From Azolla caroliniana (Eukaryota > Plantae > Polypodiophyta): 64,000 bases of DNA. Below are positions 51,646 through 64,000 of this stretch, piece by piece; within the stretch, counting starts at the first letter, position 1; the number at the start of each line of letters is the position of its first letter. The stretch lies in NCBI GenBank assembly GCA_043228905.1, contig JBHGNT010000014.1, positions 4,650,001 to 4,714,000 of the forward strand, in the 5' to 3' direction. A program made the position numbers and the translations under genes. The notes under the pieces are model-generated. The model was not told the origin of the DNA. It did no database searches and saw nothing but the letters and a program-made list of their open reading frames with translations.

Positions 51646-53690
51646 TGTTGAACGTAGTCCTGAACAAAACAATATCGTATGTCTGTGCTTTGAGGTGTTG
51701 TGATGGACTGGATTTTGTGACAATGCGAAGGCGCCTTGATTGTCCTTGTAGACAACTTGGATGAAGTCATCCAACTTCTTATACGGGGGTCCTTGTTTCA
51801 GGCTGTATAGACTCTTCTTGAGTCTACGGACTAGATGTTCTTGGTCAGATACTATGAAGCCTTTCGGCAGCTCCATATAAATCTCCTCCTCTAGGTCACC
51901 ATGGAGGGATGGCCACGCATAAAGCGTAGGGTTGTCATTTTCACCACTGATGAAATTTTCTTATTTTGCTAAATGGAATTCATCTCTTACTCCATTGCCA
52001 GATGCAATGTGGCTGAATCAACTGATGTCGATGCTTCTTCATATGATGTCAATTCGCCGGCGTCTGTGAAGAAGATTCCAAGAGAGTACCTCTCCAGAGG
52101 CTATGATAGTCTTTCTAGGCTTCTTTCTTGGTATGACTGGGCTAGCTGGATCGGGTGTTTGAGTCAGATGGTCCAAAGCAGAAACATTCGGTTGTGCCAA
52201 CATAGCTTGACCCGATTCGGCTAACCATGAAGTCGATCTCTTGTTATGAGTTGGGTTATCATGAAGGGCCAATACTTCTAAGAAAGCTACCCTTTGGACT
52301 TCAATATGCCTATCGGCTGTCTTGTGCATGACTGACTGTTGAAGACAACGTCCGAACGTCAGACTATCTGTTTGTTCTCTCAATCCCAGAGTTGGTATCC
52401 AATTTCACCGTCTCATCCATAGCCAAGGAAAATGCATTTCTTGAACCTCAGTTTGAGCTTTCCGTGATCATCTTTCGGCATGAAGGCATATGTCTCGCAT
52501 CCAAAAATCTCAGCTTGCCATAATTCGGCTTCTTGTCAGTCCATTATTCCTAAGGTATTTGAAGTCTTGGAGGCTTGCTCAACGACATATTAATTATGTG
52601 TACTGCCGTAAATAGGGCCTCTGCGTAGAAGCCATCTGACGGTCCAAAGTGTTGGAGCATAGCAGCAATTCGTTCTTCACTTGTCCGAATCATTCGTTCG
52701 ACAATTCCATTCTTCACTTGTCCGAATCATTCGTTCGGCAATTCCATTCTTCTCCAGACTATATGGTGATGTATATTTACGTCGAATGTTGCGCTGCTGG
52801 CAAAATCTGACAAATTCCTCTTATTTGAATTCTCCTCTGGTGTCAAACCATAAGCTTTTCAGCTTCAAGCCGAACTAGTTCTCCATCATGGCAAGCCATT
52901 CAGAAAAGATTGAGAACACCCGATCTTTGGTTCTAGCCGGGTATGCCCACACCTTATGAGTCAAATCATCAATGAAGCTGATGTAGTAGGAAGCGTCGCC
53001 AAGGGACTGATGTGGCATGGGGCCATAGATGTCCGAATGGACCAAATTGAGTGGACTCGATTCTCTTGGTGCTATAGTCGAGTGAGAGGTTGCAGCTTGT
53101 TTGCCGTATTGGCAATGCTCAAAACATTGGTGGTCCACAAAGGAGAGTTTGGAGATGTATCCGGCTTTGGATAAATGCATTATGTCGACCTTGTTGACGT
53201 GTCCGAGTCGATCATGCCAAAGTGATGACACAGGAATATCAACTAGAAACAAGTCACCCTCTTCGAGTGTGACATATAGCCTAAGAATGCTCTTTCGGAC
53301 CTTGAGCAAGCAGGAGGTTCCCCCTATGAAGTATCCACCTGTCAAGAATAGTACTGAGACAGAGAAGAAATTAGTACTAAGAGAGGAATATTAGTACTAA
53401 GAGGAATAGAGGGTGTAGAACACTTGAGAGAAGGAGACAGATAGACAGACAGTGTGAGAGATCGAGGGGGAGAAAATGATGATGACAGTGATATATTATG
53501 TTAAAAGAATATACAATGAAGGCTAGGAGGCTTAAGACTAGCGTTGAACCGATTTGGTTCGAAATAATGCCTTGTGCCTCCTTTTATAGTGTTCTCAAGA
53601 GTAATCCTGAAGCTTCTAGAATGTTCTAGAGAAATCTGGAATATACATTAATTTTCTATAGTAAAACTTAAAATAATATCCTACATATTA

Positions 53691-53760
53691 CAATAGATAG
53701 TGTAATGGTCAAGAGCTCGACCCATGTAACATAAGGTCATGGGTTCGAGTCTTGCCATAT
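53691..53760 (+). promoter_or_regulatory. tRNA-like Pol III A-box/B-box module in the LTR; second copy at 59658-59727
   Basis: A box TAGTGTAATGG 53698-53708; B box GGTTCGAGTC 53742-53751; tRNA-like spacing. Confidence 0.6.
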
Positions 53761-53789
53761 CATGATACTATCCCCGCTTTAAAATGACG

Positions 53790-53995
53790 AGTGTTACGAG
53801 TCAGTTTGGATTCAGGACCCGGTTTATCTGGATATTGACGATGGAAGTCTTCAAAAAGAGCATGAGAATTGGTCACATTCTCTATTGGTTCCCAAGTATG
53901 CTCGCTAGGACTATATCCTAGCCAATCGACTAAATAGTAGAGCATGTTGCGAACAATCTTGGAATCGAGGATGGCAGCAACCTCGTACTCAGGTC
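53790..53995 (-). pseudogene. Integrase C-terminal chromodomain
   Basis: EYEVAAILDSKIVRNMLYYLVDWLGYSPSEHTWEPIENV. Confidence 0.88.
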
Positions 53996-56900
53996 CATCT
54001 TCAAGTCCAATCGGGGGTGGAGGTTGTGGAATACGTCCTGGGATGGTGTTGTCTTGATAGGATAGGGTTTGAGGAGAGAATTATGAAACACCGGATGTAT
54101 GCGAAGTTGCAGGGGTAGATCGAGACGAAAAGCGACATCATTAATCTTCCGATAATACGGAAAGGACCTAATCACCGATAATCCAACTTCTCACATGGGC
54201 GAGTAGTCTTGATGTGTCGTCGTAGTAGCCATACCCGATCTCCAATGTTAAAACTGGATGAAAGCCAATGAAGATCCATGTAAACCTTGTGTGTTTGTTG
54301 AGCTTGTTGTAGATGAGTAGATAAATCTACTTGTATCTTGCGTAACCGCTCCAAATGATCCTCTGCGCAAGGATTTGTGGGTAACTCTAGGGTTTCAAAT
54401 ACACACCACCGGGGGTGACAACCCGTATAAGCATAAAATGGCGTAACTTTAGTCGATGAGTGGAGCGAGTTATTATAGGCAAATTCGGCGAAGTGGAGAA
54501 TATCTGCCCGATCATCCTGATGATAGCTTAGAAAGCACCGAAGATACTGCTCTAGCATTTGATTTATTCATTCTGCCCTGTCGTCGGTTTGCGGGTGGTA
54601 CCCAGAGGAGAGGTTACAAGTTACCTTGAGCATTTTAAAAAGGTGCTTATAGAATTTTGAGACGAACTAGGGTCCACGGTCACTGATGATATTATCAAGA
54701 AGGCCATGATGCCGACATACTTCACGCATGACAATTTCGGCAGTTTCTTCACTGGAGATTTCCTTAGTACATGGCAGGCAATGAGCCATCTTCGTATATC
54801 GATCTACTACTATTAAAATCGCATTGACTCCCTTAGAGACTGGAAGATCTGTGATGAAATCTAGAGCAATGGATTGTCATGGCTTGCTTGGAATTGGTAA
54901 TGGTTCTAATAAACCATATGGATGATGTCTTGGCATTTTTGCTCTGCAACATGTATCACAAGTCCGGACAAAATCTTCAACAAATTGTTGCATATAGGGC
55001 CACTAGAATGATCGTTGTACTAAATCTAATGTCTTAGTACTACCAAAATGCCCAGTTGTATATGTGTCATGACAGTTTTGGACTACTCGAAGATGGCAAG
55101 AACCATTAGGAACATACAAGAGTTTCTTAAAGAATAGTAATCCATCATGACATTCAAATTGTCGATAGTCCGTACCTGGTTGTTGCGATTGTGAACAAGA
55201 TGCTCGAGAGGGATCAATTTGTGCTAGAATGGCTTGGGTGAAAGAATCTTTCTTCAAGTCCTCATGTATGGTATCGATAACATGGAAATCCAAGGGCATG
55301 CCGAAGACCTGTGTTGCTTGCAGTCATGCTGGTCCCAAGACTACTTGCTTTTGGTTATCAAAAGTTGGCTCGCCGGGACGTGGTGCTAGATACGAACATC
55401 GCGATAATGCATCTGCCTTCCTTTGGTGCTTCCCCGGACGATATGTAATTTTGAAGTCGAAACACGTGAGGAATTGGGCCCACCGAGCTTGACGTCGATT
55501 TAACACACGAGCACTCTGAAAGTAGGAAAGGTTTTTGTGATCACTGAATACGGTGACTTGATGAGAGGATCCCTCCAGAAAATGCCTCCATTGTGTAAAA
55601 GAGTCCACTATTGCTAATAGCTCCTTATCATGAATTTCATAGTTGATTTCGGCGGCGTCAAACTTGCATGAGTGGAAAGCCACAGGATGTAGCTTTTCAT
55701 CATTACCTTTGTTGTGACAGAATGCTACCCAATGCGAAATCCGACATGTCCGCTTCCATGATGAATGGTTTTTCTGGATCAACATGAGCTAGAATAGGAG
55801 CCGATGTAAATGCCTTCTTAAGATTCTCAAAAGCCATGTCCGCTTCTTCAAACCAAACGAACGATTGTCCCTTCTTAGTAAGTTGTGTGAGAGGCATGAC
55901 AACTTTGAGTAATCATGTATAAACTTGCAGTAGAAATTGGCAAAGCCTAAAAAGCATTGCACATCTCGCAACGAACACGGAGTTTGTCACTCTACTAACG
56001 TTTTGACCTTAGCTGGATCCATGGAGATGCCTTTCAAGGAGATGACATAGCCCAGAAATTCCACTTGGTTGCACCCGAAACTACATTTTTCCAACTTTGC
56101 ATAAAGACCATGTTTTCGAAGTCGTTTTAGTACTTACAGTACATGACAATCATGCTCTTCATGGGTCTTCAAATAAACTAGTAGATCATCCAAATAGATG
56201 ATCAAACAAACATCCAAGAGATCTCGGAATATATCATTTGCCATGTGCTGGAAGACTGTTGGCGCATTTGTGAGGCCGAACGGCATGACCGTATACTCGA
56301 AGTGCCCATATCTGGTGCGAAACGCAGTCTTTCATTCATCTCCTGGTCAGATCCGTATGAGGTTATATGCTTCCCTGTAAGTCGATCTTCGTGAGGAACC
56401 TTGCACCATTGATCCGTTCTAAAATACTTGAGGTAAGGGGAAGTGCATACCTATTTCTGATGGTGACCTTATTCAAGCCACAGTAATCTACAACGAGACG
56501 AAGTGTTCCATCCTTTTTATTGACGAAGAAAATGGGTGCGCCGGTTGGAGATTTCGAATGCTGAATGAAACCATTTTCCAAATTCTCCTCTATATAGGCT
56601 CGAAGGACTTCTAGCTCGGTTGGTGACAAATTGTAGATCGGTCCCCATGGTGGCTCTTTTCCTGGTTGTAAATCGATGGGGCAATCATACGGTCGATGGT
56701 GAGGAAGCGTATTCACTTCTACTTTATCGAACACATCGGCATAATGATGATACTTCTTTGGAAATTCAACGGTGGAGTCCTTTTTAGTGGTGTCGGTGGG
56801 TTTTATTGATATTGCGAAGAGAAACATTTCTTCCTTGCGTTGTTCTTCCCGCAACTGATGTAGTGAAATGGTTGCAATCTTATGAGTAGATCCTCAGGCT

Positions 56901-57911
56901 TGTTGATACCGGATTTCTCTTGTTCTCCAATCTATGTCTGGGTTATGTAATTCGAACCATGGTAATCCTAAAACAATGGGCTGTTCTAGGATACTAATTA
57001 TATTAAATGATACTATACATGCTAGATTATCTAAAACAATATTAACGGGCTCTAACTCTTCTATGATATTTCCGGAAGCAATGGGACGACCATCAATGAC
57101 TACTACAGAGGCTGGACACGGGATTTTTCTGAGAGATATTTGATGAGCTTGGGTAAAATTCCTATCCATGACGCAAGAATTAGCTCGGAAATCTAGAAGT
57201 CCTAAGACATGTACTGGAGAGGTACTTTTAGTACTAACTGTTACTTGGGCTACGAACACATTGTTAACTTGCTTAGAGGGAATGGAACCACTAATGGGTT
57301 GCACAGATCTAGGGTTGTCCAACCAAACGGCTCCTATTTTGGCCGGACTTAGTCGTTTAACTCTTCTTCTAACTGACTAAGGACATCAAATTTGTTCGCT
57401 AGATTTGGGCTATTAGTACTATTAGGACTATCAGATATTCCTACTAAAATAGACTCGGGTTTAGGACAATTAGAACTAGCAACTATTTGGTTTATCTGTC
57501 TTCTTGGCCTATGGGGACAATTTACTGCAATATGCCCTGGTCCACCGCAATAAAGACATAGTTGATTTGCTCGACGTTGTTGCTTTTCTTCTTCCGATAA
57601 TGGTCCGCGACGACATGTAGTGTCAATCTCCATCGGAGTCGCAGTATTCACTGGAGACGCATTATATGACTCCCTCGGAAAAGATTTCACTACCACTGAG
57701 GCGTAGGTGGGCTCTGATCTTGCCCTCGACATCTGGAATTGTCCTTCCGAACGTCGTTCGAAAAGGCGATTGTCGCATCTCACCGCTCGATTGATTACTT
57801 CTGTTAATGACTTTGGTTCTTCAGAGAAGGTCAAGAGTAAGTCCTTGACATCATTCCGTAAACCATAACGAAATTGCTCCATCAATGCTTGATCATCCCA
57901 AGGGATATCGG

Positions 57912-58370
57912 TGTTGTAGGTTTTAGGGTTAGGGTTAATGGTAATGATGATTGGTGATGGAGATGGTGTGTTTGATGAGGATGATGAGCATTATGGGATT
58001 GATGGTGAGAGAGACGACAAGCATTGAGAAGCATTGTGGGGTGGGGGGTGGTGCCTAGAATGGCTCCACCCCCCTCCCAAGGGGGTTCAACGTTAAGGGG
58101 GAGGGAAGAGAGAGAGAAATGACAAGAGAGAGATTGAGAGAGAAAATGATCATTGTATTCATTCATTCCCCATAAAGGGTTAAATAGGTACAAAATGGTA
58201 GATATACAAGGGTGCAAGCCCCTTGGGCATTCACACCTAGTCACTCACTCACACCTCTTTGTATCCACCACACTCACACTTACATTCACACTCATAATCG
58301 TATAAGATTACACATACATTACATCTTTCACCCTCACTTATCAATCACCCATACATCTCGTACGGTACCA
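57912..58370. mobile_element. Solo LTR (459 bp) inserted in the gypsy gag
   Basis: TG...CA; perfect TSD ATCGG (57907-57911 and 58371-58375); gag reads ..FRLLAADIPWDDQALMEQFRYGL across the site. Confidence 0.9.
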
Positions 58371-59199
58371 ATCGGCGGCGAGTAGGCGGAAATCTGCAGT
58401 GTATGTGGAGGCTGAACGATCACCTTAGCGTAATCGTCGGATTTTGTTGATTGTTTTCCTTATGCTATCAGTATCTCCAAAACAGGCTTTAAACTCACTT
58501 ATACATTCTTCACAATTGTTTAGTAATGGAGATTCCTTTTTTAACAACGGAGCGAACCATGCCAATGCTGAGCCACTAAGTAGAATGCCTACTGGTCCCA
58601 CTCATGATGCATCGGTAGGATATCGTGAAGGATGCATTTGAATCACTAAACATACCCGATTCAAAAAACCTCTAAACTGTGATTGGGTCCCATCAAATTT
58701 TGCAGGAAGACCGATCTTGGGTTCTTTGTGAATCCCTTGAGTGATTGATCCTTGTTGTTGTAGTGATACAATAGTCGCTTCAAGTTGTTGTACCCGTAAC
58801 GTCAGCTCCCCGTGTTGTTGTTTTTCTAGCACTATGTGTTGAAGATCCCCCAACAAACGGTGATTTTCTTGTTCTAGTGCTACAAATTTCTCTTTTAAGC
58901 ACTGGAGCTCCGAGAAAACATATTGGTAATCCTGAGCGCTAACAGTTTCCATTTTACTAGGGAGGATAAGAGGATTAGTATGAAGGAAAAAAAGGGGTAA
59001 GAAGATGAGGGAAACCTGAAAGAAGACCGGAAAAAAGGGGATATGTCAGAAGATAAAAGGAAGAGGGGGAAAGGAGGAGATGGAAGGAGGAAAATCGGTT
59101 CAAACTATCAGGAATAGTACTGAGACAGAGAAGAAATTAGTACTAAGAGAGGAATATTAGTACTAAGAGGAATAGAGGGTGTAGAACACTCGAGAGAAG

Positions 59200-59234
<35 letters not shown>

Positions 59235-59483
59235 TGTGTGTGTGTGTGAGTGAGTGAGAGATCAAGGGAGAGAAAATGATGATGATAGCGATATATTATG
59301 TGAGAAGAATATACAAGGAAGGCTAGGAGGCTTAAGATTGGCGTTGAACCGATTTGGTTCGAAATAATTCCTTGTGCCTCATTATATAGTGTTCTCAGGA
59401 GTAATCCTGAAGCTTCTAGAATGTTCCAGAGAAATCTGGAATATACTTAATTTTCTATAGTAAAACTTAAATAAAAATAATAC

Positions 59484-59643
59484 GTACTTGCATAACCATT
59501 TTCAGGGTCTGCAGCAATTATTCCAATCAAGATATAGCCAATTTGACTTATAGAAGAGTATGCTAGCATACGTTTCATGCTTGTTTGAGTAACAGCAATT
59601 AAATTTCCAAAAATCATGCTAAGAGTAGCTAGTATTCCCAAAC
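59484..59643 (-). pseudogene. ndhB: Plastid ndhB fragment (NUPT) inserted in the gypsy 5' LTR
   Basis: [50 protein letters not shown]; absent from the 3' LTR. Confidence 0.9.
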
Positions 59644-62429
59644 CGACCTACGTATTACAATAGATAGTGTAATGGTCAAGAGCTCGACCCATATAACATA
59701 AGGTCATGGGTTCGAGTCTTGCCATATCATTACACTACCCTCCTAATGAGAAGTCATCACAGATGTCATCTTCATCAAGTTGTCCGACTAAGATCAGTGG
59801 TCTTGAGAGCTCAAGAATGTGATAGACATTATGTAGTACCTAGTGTAGAGCCACCCGGAAGGTTCAACTCTACAATGTTGATTCCAACTATAACACAATG
59901 TTGCGAATTTCCGATTCGGACTGAGTTGGAATGCCGAGCTGAATATTTCCAAAATTGTGATTGATGAGGGGCCATGTGGTAGGATGCACCCGAATCTAGG
60001 AGCCATGTGTTTGATTTCTCAATCGTAAGCAGAATTTCCGACTTGAATGAGTTCTCTATAAATAGGATGTTTGGATCATCCATCAATACTTCGACTGAAG
60101 AGCCGATATAGTTGACCTCCTTATATTGGCCACTCTTCTGATCAACTCGCTGAGTTTTATCATTTTTGTCTTTGAGGGCGTAGTAGTTCACTTTAACATG
60201 TCCAAGCTTCTTGCAATAGTTGCACATCCAACTATCCCTCGCAACTTCGTGAATTTGTTGGCGGCCATGAAGAACTTTTTGCTCGGTTGTTTAGTCGGTC
60301 AGCCGAACCTTGTACTACAGAAGCATCCTTGGTTGTGTCGTGAATGAACAATCTCCTCCGAGCGTCTTCAGTCAAGATTGAGCTCTTCGATTCGGAATAA
60401 CTTACGGCCATTCTAGATTCATTGCACATAGTGGTGACATAAATTTCCCAGAACTGAGGCAGACTACTCATCAGCACAAGAGCTTTCAGCTCATATGCTT
60501 GGGTGACTCCCTAAGACGATAATTAGGAACTCAAATTTTTATATTCAATGATGTGTGCCTGGACCGAGTCAGATTCTTTCATCCGAATATTGTAGAGGCG
60601 CTAGATCATATATATCTTTGTTGCGACGATCTTCTTTTCATAGGTGTTTGATAGTGTCTTCCAGAGTTGGAAGGTATTCGAACGGGATTGCACAATGAAC
60701 TACACTGACCCCGACAAGTGCAACTTCTTACTCTTCTAGTTTTGTCCACTCACGCGGCTTTTACTCTTCTAGAGGGTTTTCAAATTCAATCAAATCTATC
60801 TAACCTTTCAAGCTCAGATAGTCTTGCATTTGTTCCTTGCAGAAGTGGAAGTTCGACAGGCTCATTTTGGATGAGCCAGATGTTGATGACATTTGTGTCA
60901 GCTTTGGGAGGCTCTATCCGGAGTTGGCTGTGAACAGTGGTTGAGTGCAGTTGGCTGGGTCACTCAAATTTGGTCTAGCTAGATTTCGACACGAGTTTGT
61001 CGATTGATTAGTCAATTGGATTTCGAATGGAAGTTGGGTACTAAACTTGCTCAGTGCAGCTACGGTCAGTGGAGGAACAGAGCCAATTGGCCTTCCCAAA
61101 TATCATCTAGCCGCATTGAGCATAGTAAACTACCGGTCCTATTCCAATTGTCAATTGCAAAGGGCCAATAACATATTATGTGCCATTTGTGCTAGATTTC
61201 CAAGTCGATCCTACTTTAGGTGACCACAACGATGAGAGGGATAGATCTAAATGTTCTTCCTAAATATCATCTGGTCGAATGAAGCACAGATGGGGGTTGT
61301 TCTTGCGGCCAAATCTGCTTCAAGTAGTTACGACGAGTGAGTGGATAGCGCTGGATGGCCTGACCAATTGCCGTCTAACTTGATCAAACACGATTTAAGG
61401 TCAAATCAATGGAAGGACCTCATTTTGAGTGTGCTACAATCACGAGGGCGAAGTACAGCCAACTAGCCTACTTCAAGAGTGATTTCGCTCAGTGAAGTGC
61501 TAGTTTTTCAGGTGTTTCTTCTCCAAAAAGGTGATCTTGTGGGGAGTTGTCAATCAAAAGATTTCAATCGGACCGAAATCTCAAAATCTATTCCAACAAA
61601 CAAATCAACTGAAATATCTTCAAGGGGGTGAATGCAAGAGTGTTATTGAAGACAAAAGATGGTCGGTGGCAGAATACAAAACCAAGCTCTGATACCATAT
61701 GTAGGAAACGCAGTCGTCATATGCAGAACAAGAACAACACTTGTCAAGTGAAGAACGCCCTATTGATGTGGATATAAAGGTGAGAATAAATTGAAGATAA
61801 AATAGGCAATTGAATTAGCAATCAAGATCAAGAAGGAAAGCAAGAAGAGAAGGACCCTCGAATCCGATCCTACTAGATCGATGTCTCTGTATTGACTAGG
61901 TTTTGTAGCTCCTAGGTCTCTGTTCTGTCACTGAGTATTGTCGTCTACTGAGAGAGAAGAAGATTTTACCAAGGTTGTGGCATTGAGTTCTTGTACACTC
62001 TAGTATAGTGAATTGTTCTAGAGGCAGTGGGCTCCCGTGGTTTTTCCTAATTACGGTTTCTATGTTAAAATGTTGTGTCTCGTGTACTTCTTGTTTTATT
62101 TGTTGTTTTTCATTCCTGCTTGTTAGTTGGCTGAAACGTACTAAGTAGTTAGAGGAAAACCTATGAGTCAGCTGAGTCCAAACCCATATTTCCATCACAT
62201 TCATATCCTTAACTTGTCTCTAACTAAGGACGGTGGTAGATTGTAATTAATGTCATTTGTATTGGCATTCATGAAATGCCAACCTGTAAATTTTGAGAGA
62301 TGTGGAGTACAAAGCATAAGATGTACTCATACTGGCAATGGGAAATGTTGTACATCTTTCTAGGGACATTGTTTTTCATAAAGCTATGTAGACAGAGGTC
62401 AAAACAATCTCCAAGAAAATGGCATTATA

Positions 62430-62900
62430 AGCTACATAAATCTTGCTAAATTCGAAGTTCACATGGCTTCCCTCTAAAATAAGCCTATATGTGAAGAACA
62501 CAAAATCAAAATTCATCATCTCGGGAGTGTATGTGGATAATTTGCACCATTGTGGGAACTTTTGTAAAAGAGATACTAGAGTTGATCAAGGAGGTACAAC
62601 ATCACTTCCTAGTCAAACAACTTGCACCATTAAAACATTATTTTGGAATAAATGTACAACAGAATCAGAGTGTAGGGACAATAATACTATTCCTAGCAAA
62701 GTATGTGGATAACATCTTGGATAAATGCGACATGGCAACATGTTTTCCAACAATATCCACACCATTCATAGTATGATGTAAACTATCATTAAGGGACTCT
62801 CCTTGAAATGATGAAGAATACTCCCCACCACAAAGTATCAGTGAACCTTCGATACTTAGTGAGTTGCACAAGACTGAACTTGTCATTTTCAATTGACCAC
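62430..62900 (+). pseudogene. Highly decayed copia RT fragment
   Basis: LYVK..FIISGVYVDNL; LKHYFGINV..KYVDNILDK; VNLRYLVSCTRLNLSFSI. Confidence 0.6.
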
Positions 62901-63499
62901 TCAAATGAGTATTATGATACTTACAATACACACAAAATATGTTATTCACTAATAAGTCATTCTTTGGGGCAAACAATTGGCCCAATATTAAACTTTGGAA
63001 CTCTTGCAAGCATATTGGGTTGAGCCTCTCTCACTAATGAATGGGTATTAGAGAAAAAAGGGGGGTGGGGGTGAAACTTACTCTAATAATTATAATAAAT
63101 ACTTTAGCTAATTAAAAGTATTAATATGGTCAATTAAGAGTTTTGGGCACCCAAAACACGAAAATCTCCCTCTTAATCCATTTTCTTTTGTGATCTCATG
63201 CTAGTTGTTTCACCCTATAAGAAAGGGGCTATATTAGGTTTGTCAAAGTTCGTTCATTCATTGGGTACAAATTTCCTTATGTTGGTGTTCCCATGCTCTC
63301 AACTCTTGCATGAAGACCCAATGTTTGTCCACATGCACTTTGTCGTAGCCACTGTGTACTTGAACTAGAGAGAATGAGGTGAGTCATTGATGTTAGAGTG
63401 TTGATAGTTGTAGATTTTCACACTTGTTTTCTCTTGGGGAATTAAGTTCAAGGGGGAAGGGCAAAATCTTTTTTATGACTCGAATTGTAAATAGCAATG

Positions 63500-64000
63500 G
63501 GAACGGTTTCAGCTCAAACCAAATTGAACCATAAGCAATGGTTTAACGGTTTGTTGGTTCCAAAAAAAATTAATGGTTTGGTTTGGTTTGGATTTTCAAT
63601 AAACAGTTCAATTTCGGTTCAGTTCTAAAACTCAGGTTTATAGGTTTGGTTTAAAGGTTTATAGGTTTTTGGTTAACTTTTTTTTACCTTACTATTTTAT
63701 TAATTTAATGGTTTAATTAATGGTTTTTTATTGATTTAATTAATTTAACTTAAATTTTTATTTAATTTCATGGTTCAATTAAAGTTTAATTTATTGATTT
63801 AATAAATTTAATTTAAAGGCTTATTTAATTTAATGTATTTTTGTTTATTTAGATATTTAATTAGTTTGATTTAAATTAAGTTTAAATTTATTATTAAATG
63901 GTTCAGTTTGGTTTACTTTTTCTTAAATGGTTTGGTTTAAATACTTGAGAGTTCATAAACGGTTTGGTTTGGTTTGGTTGGATATAAACAGTTCGGTATG
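63500..64000. repeat. AT-rich MITE/non-autonomous DNA-transposon-like sequence with repeated GGTTT/AAACC motifs, cut by the window edge
   Basis: Clusters of GGTTTGGTTTGG/CGGTTC flank a very AT-rich core. Confidence 0.5.

Larger units (their letters stand above)
53340..59734 (-). mobile_element. Full-length decayed Ty3/gypsy chromovirus (Tcn1/Tf1-sushi-like)
   Basis: LTRs 53340-53767 and 59106-59734; TSD CCACC/CTACC; PPT 53768-53780. Gag 57349-58952 (LPAKFDG, CLYCGGPGHIAVNC), protease 56894-57322, RT ([16 protein letters not shown]), RNase H (NYEIHDKELLAI), INT, chromodomain. Confidence 0.93.
35364..61855 (-). mobile_element. Old copia element fragmented by nested insertions
   Basis: 3' LTR 35364-35736 matches the truncated 5' LTR 61700-61855. 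PBS 61686-61697. Gag/protease 59740-60720 (CNYCKKLGHVK, WLLDSGAS), INT 52400-53339, RT 51650-51960, RNase H end 35900-35993. Confidence 0.62.

Noticed and set aside
53691-53760. Functional tRNA gene
   Set aside because: Acceptor and anticodon stems do not pair; kept only as a tRNA-like module
57918-57937. TTTAGGGTTAGGG as an interstitial telomere
   Set aside because: Only two units, part of an LTR family (also at 36004); at most a telo-box
59447-59641. Functional NADH dehydrogenase gene
   Set aside because: Only a ~50-codon internal fragment inside an LTR

Overview
This is eukaryotic, TE-dense heterochromatin from a land plant, most likely a non-seed plant such as a moss. The inference rests on a bryophyte-type ndhB fragment and a Tcn1/Tf1-like chromovirus. 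No intact host gene is present. The window is mostly nested LTR retrotransposons: one intact, very young Ty1/copia (8036-13631, 1357-aa gag-pol, TSD CAATG), at least seven decayed copia elements, several solo LTRs with TSDs, and one full-length decayed Ty3/gypsy chromovirus (53340-59734). The chromovirus has three notable features: no tRNA primer-binding site but a self-priming signature, a tRNA-like Pol III A/B-box hairpin in both LTRs, and a plastid ndhB fragment inside one LTR. Other highlights are a gene-capture block not resolved by the ORF track (RACK1 fragment, intron-containing NAT transporter fragment and LINE 3' end, 16181-18570), a 509-bp fold-back LTR-derived insertion with a perfect TSD, and evidence that the young copia is a gag/pol recombinant of two families also present here. 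Family names come from motif recognition only, and coordinates were counted by hand.
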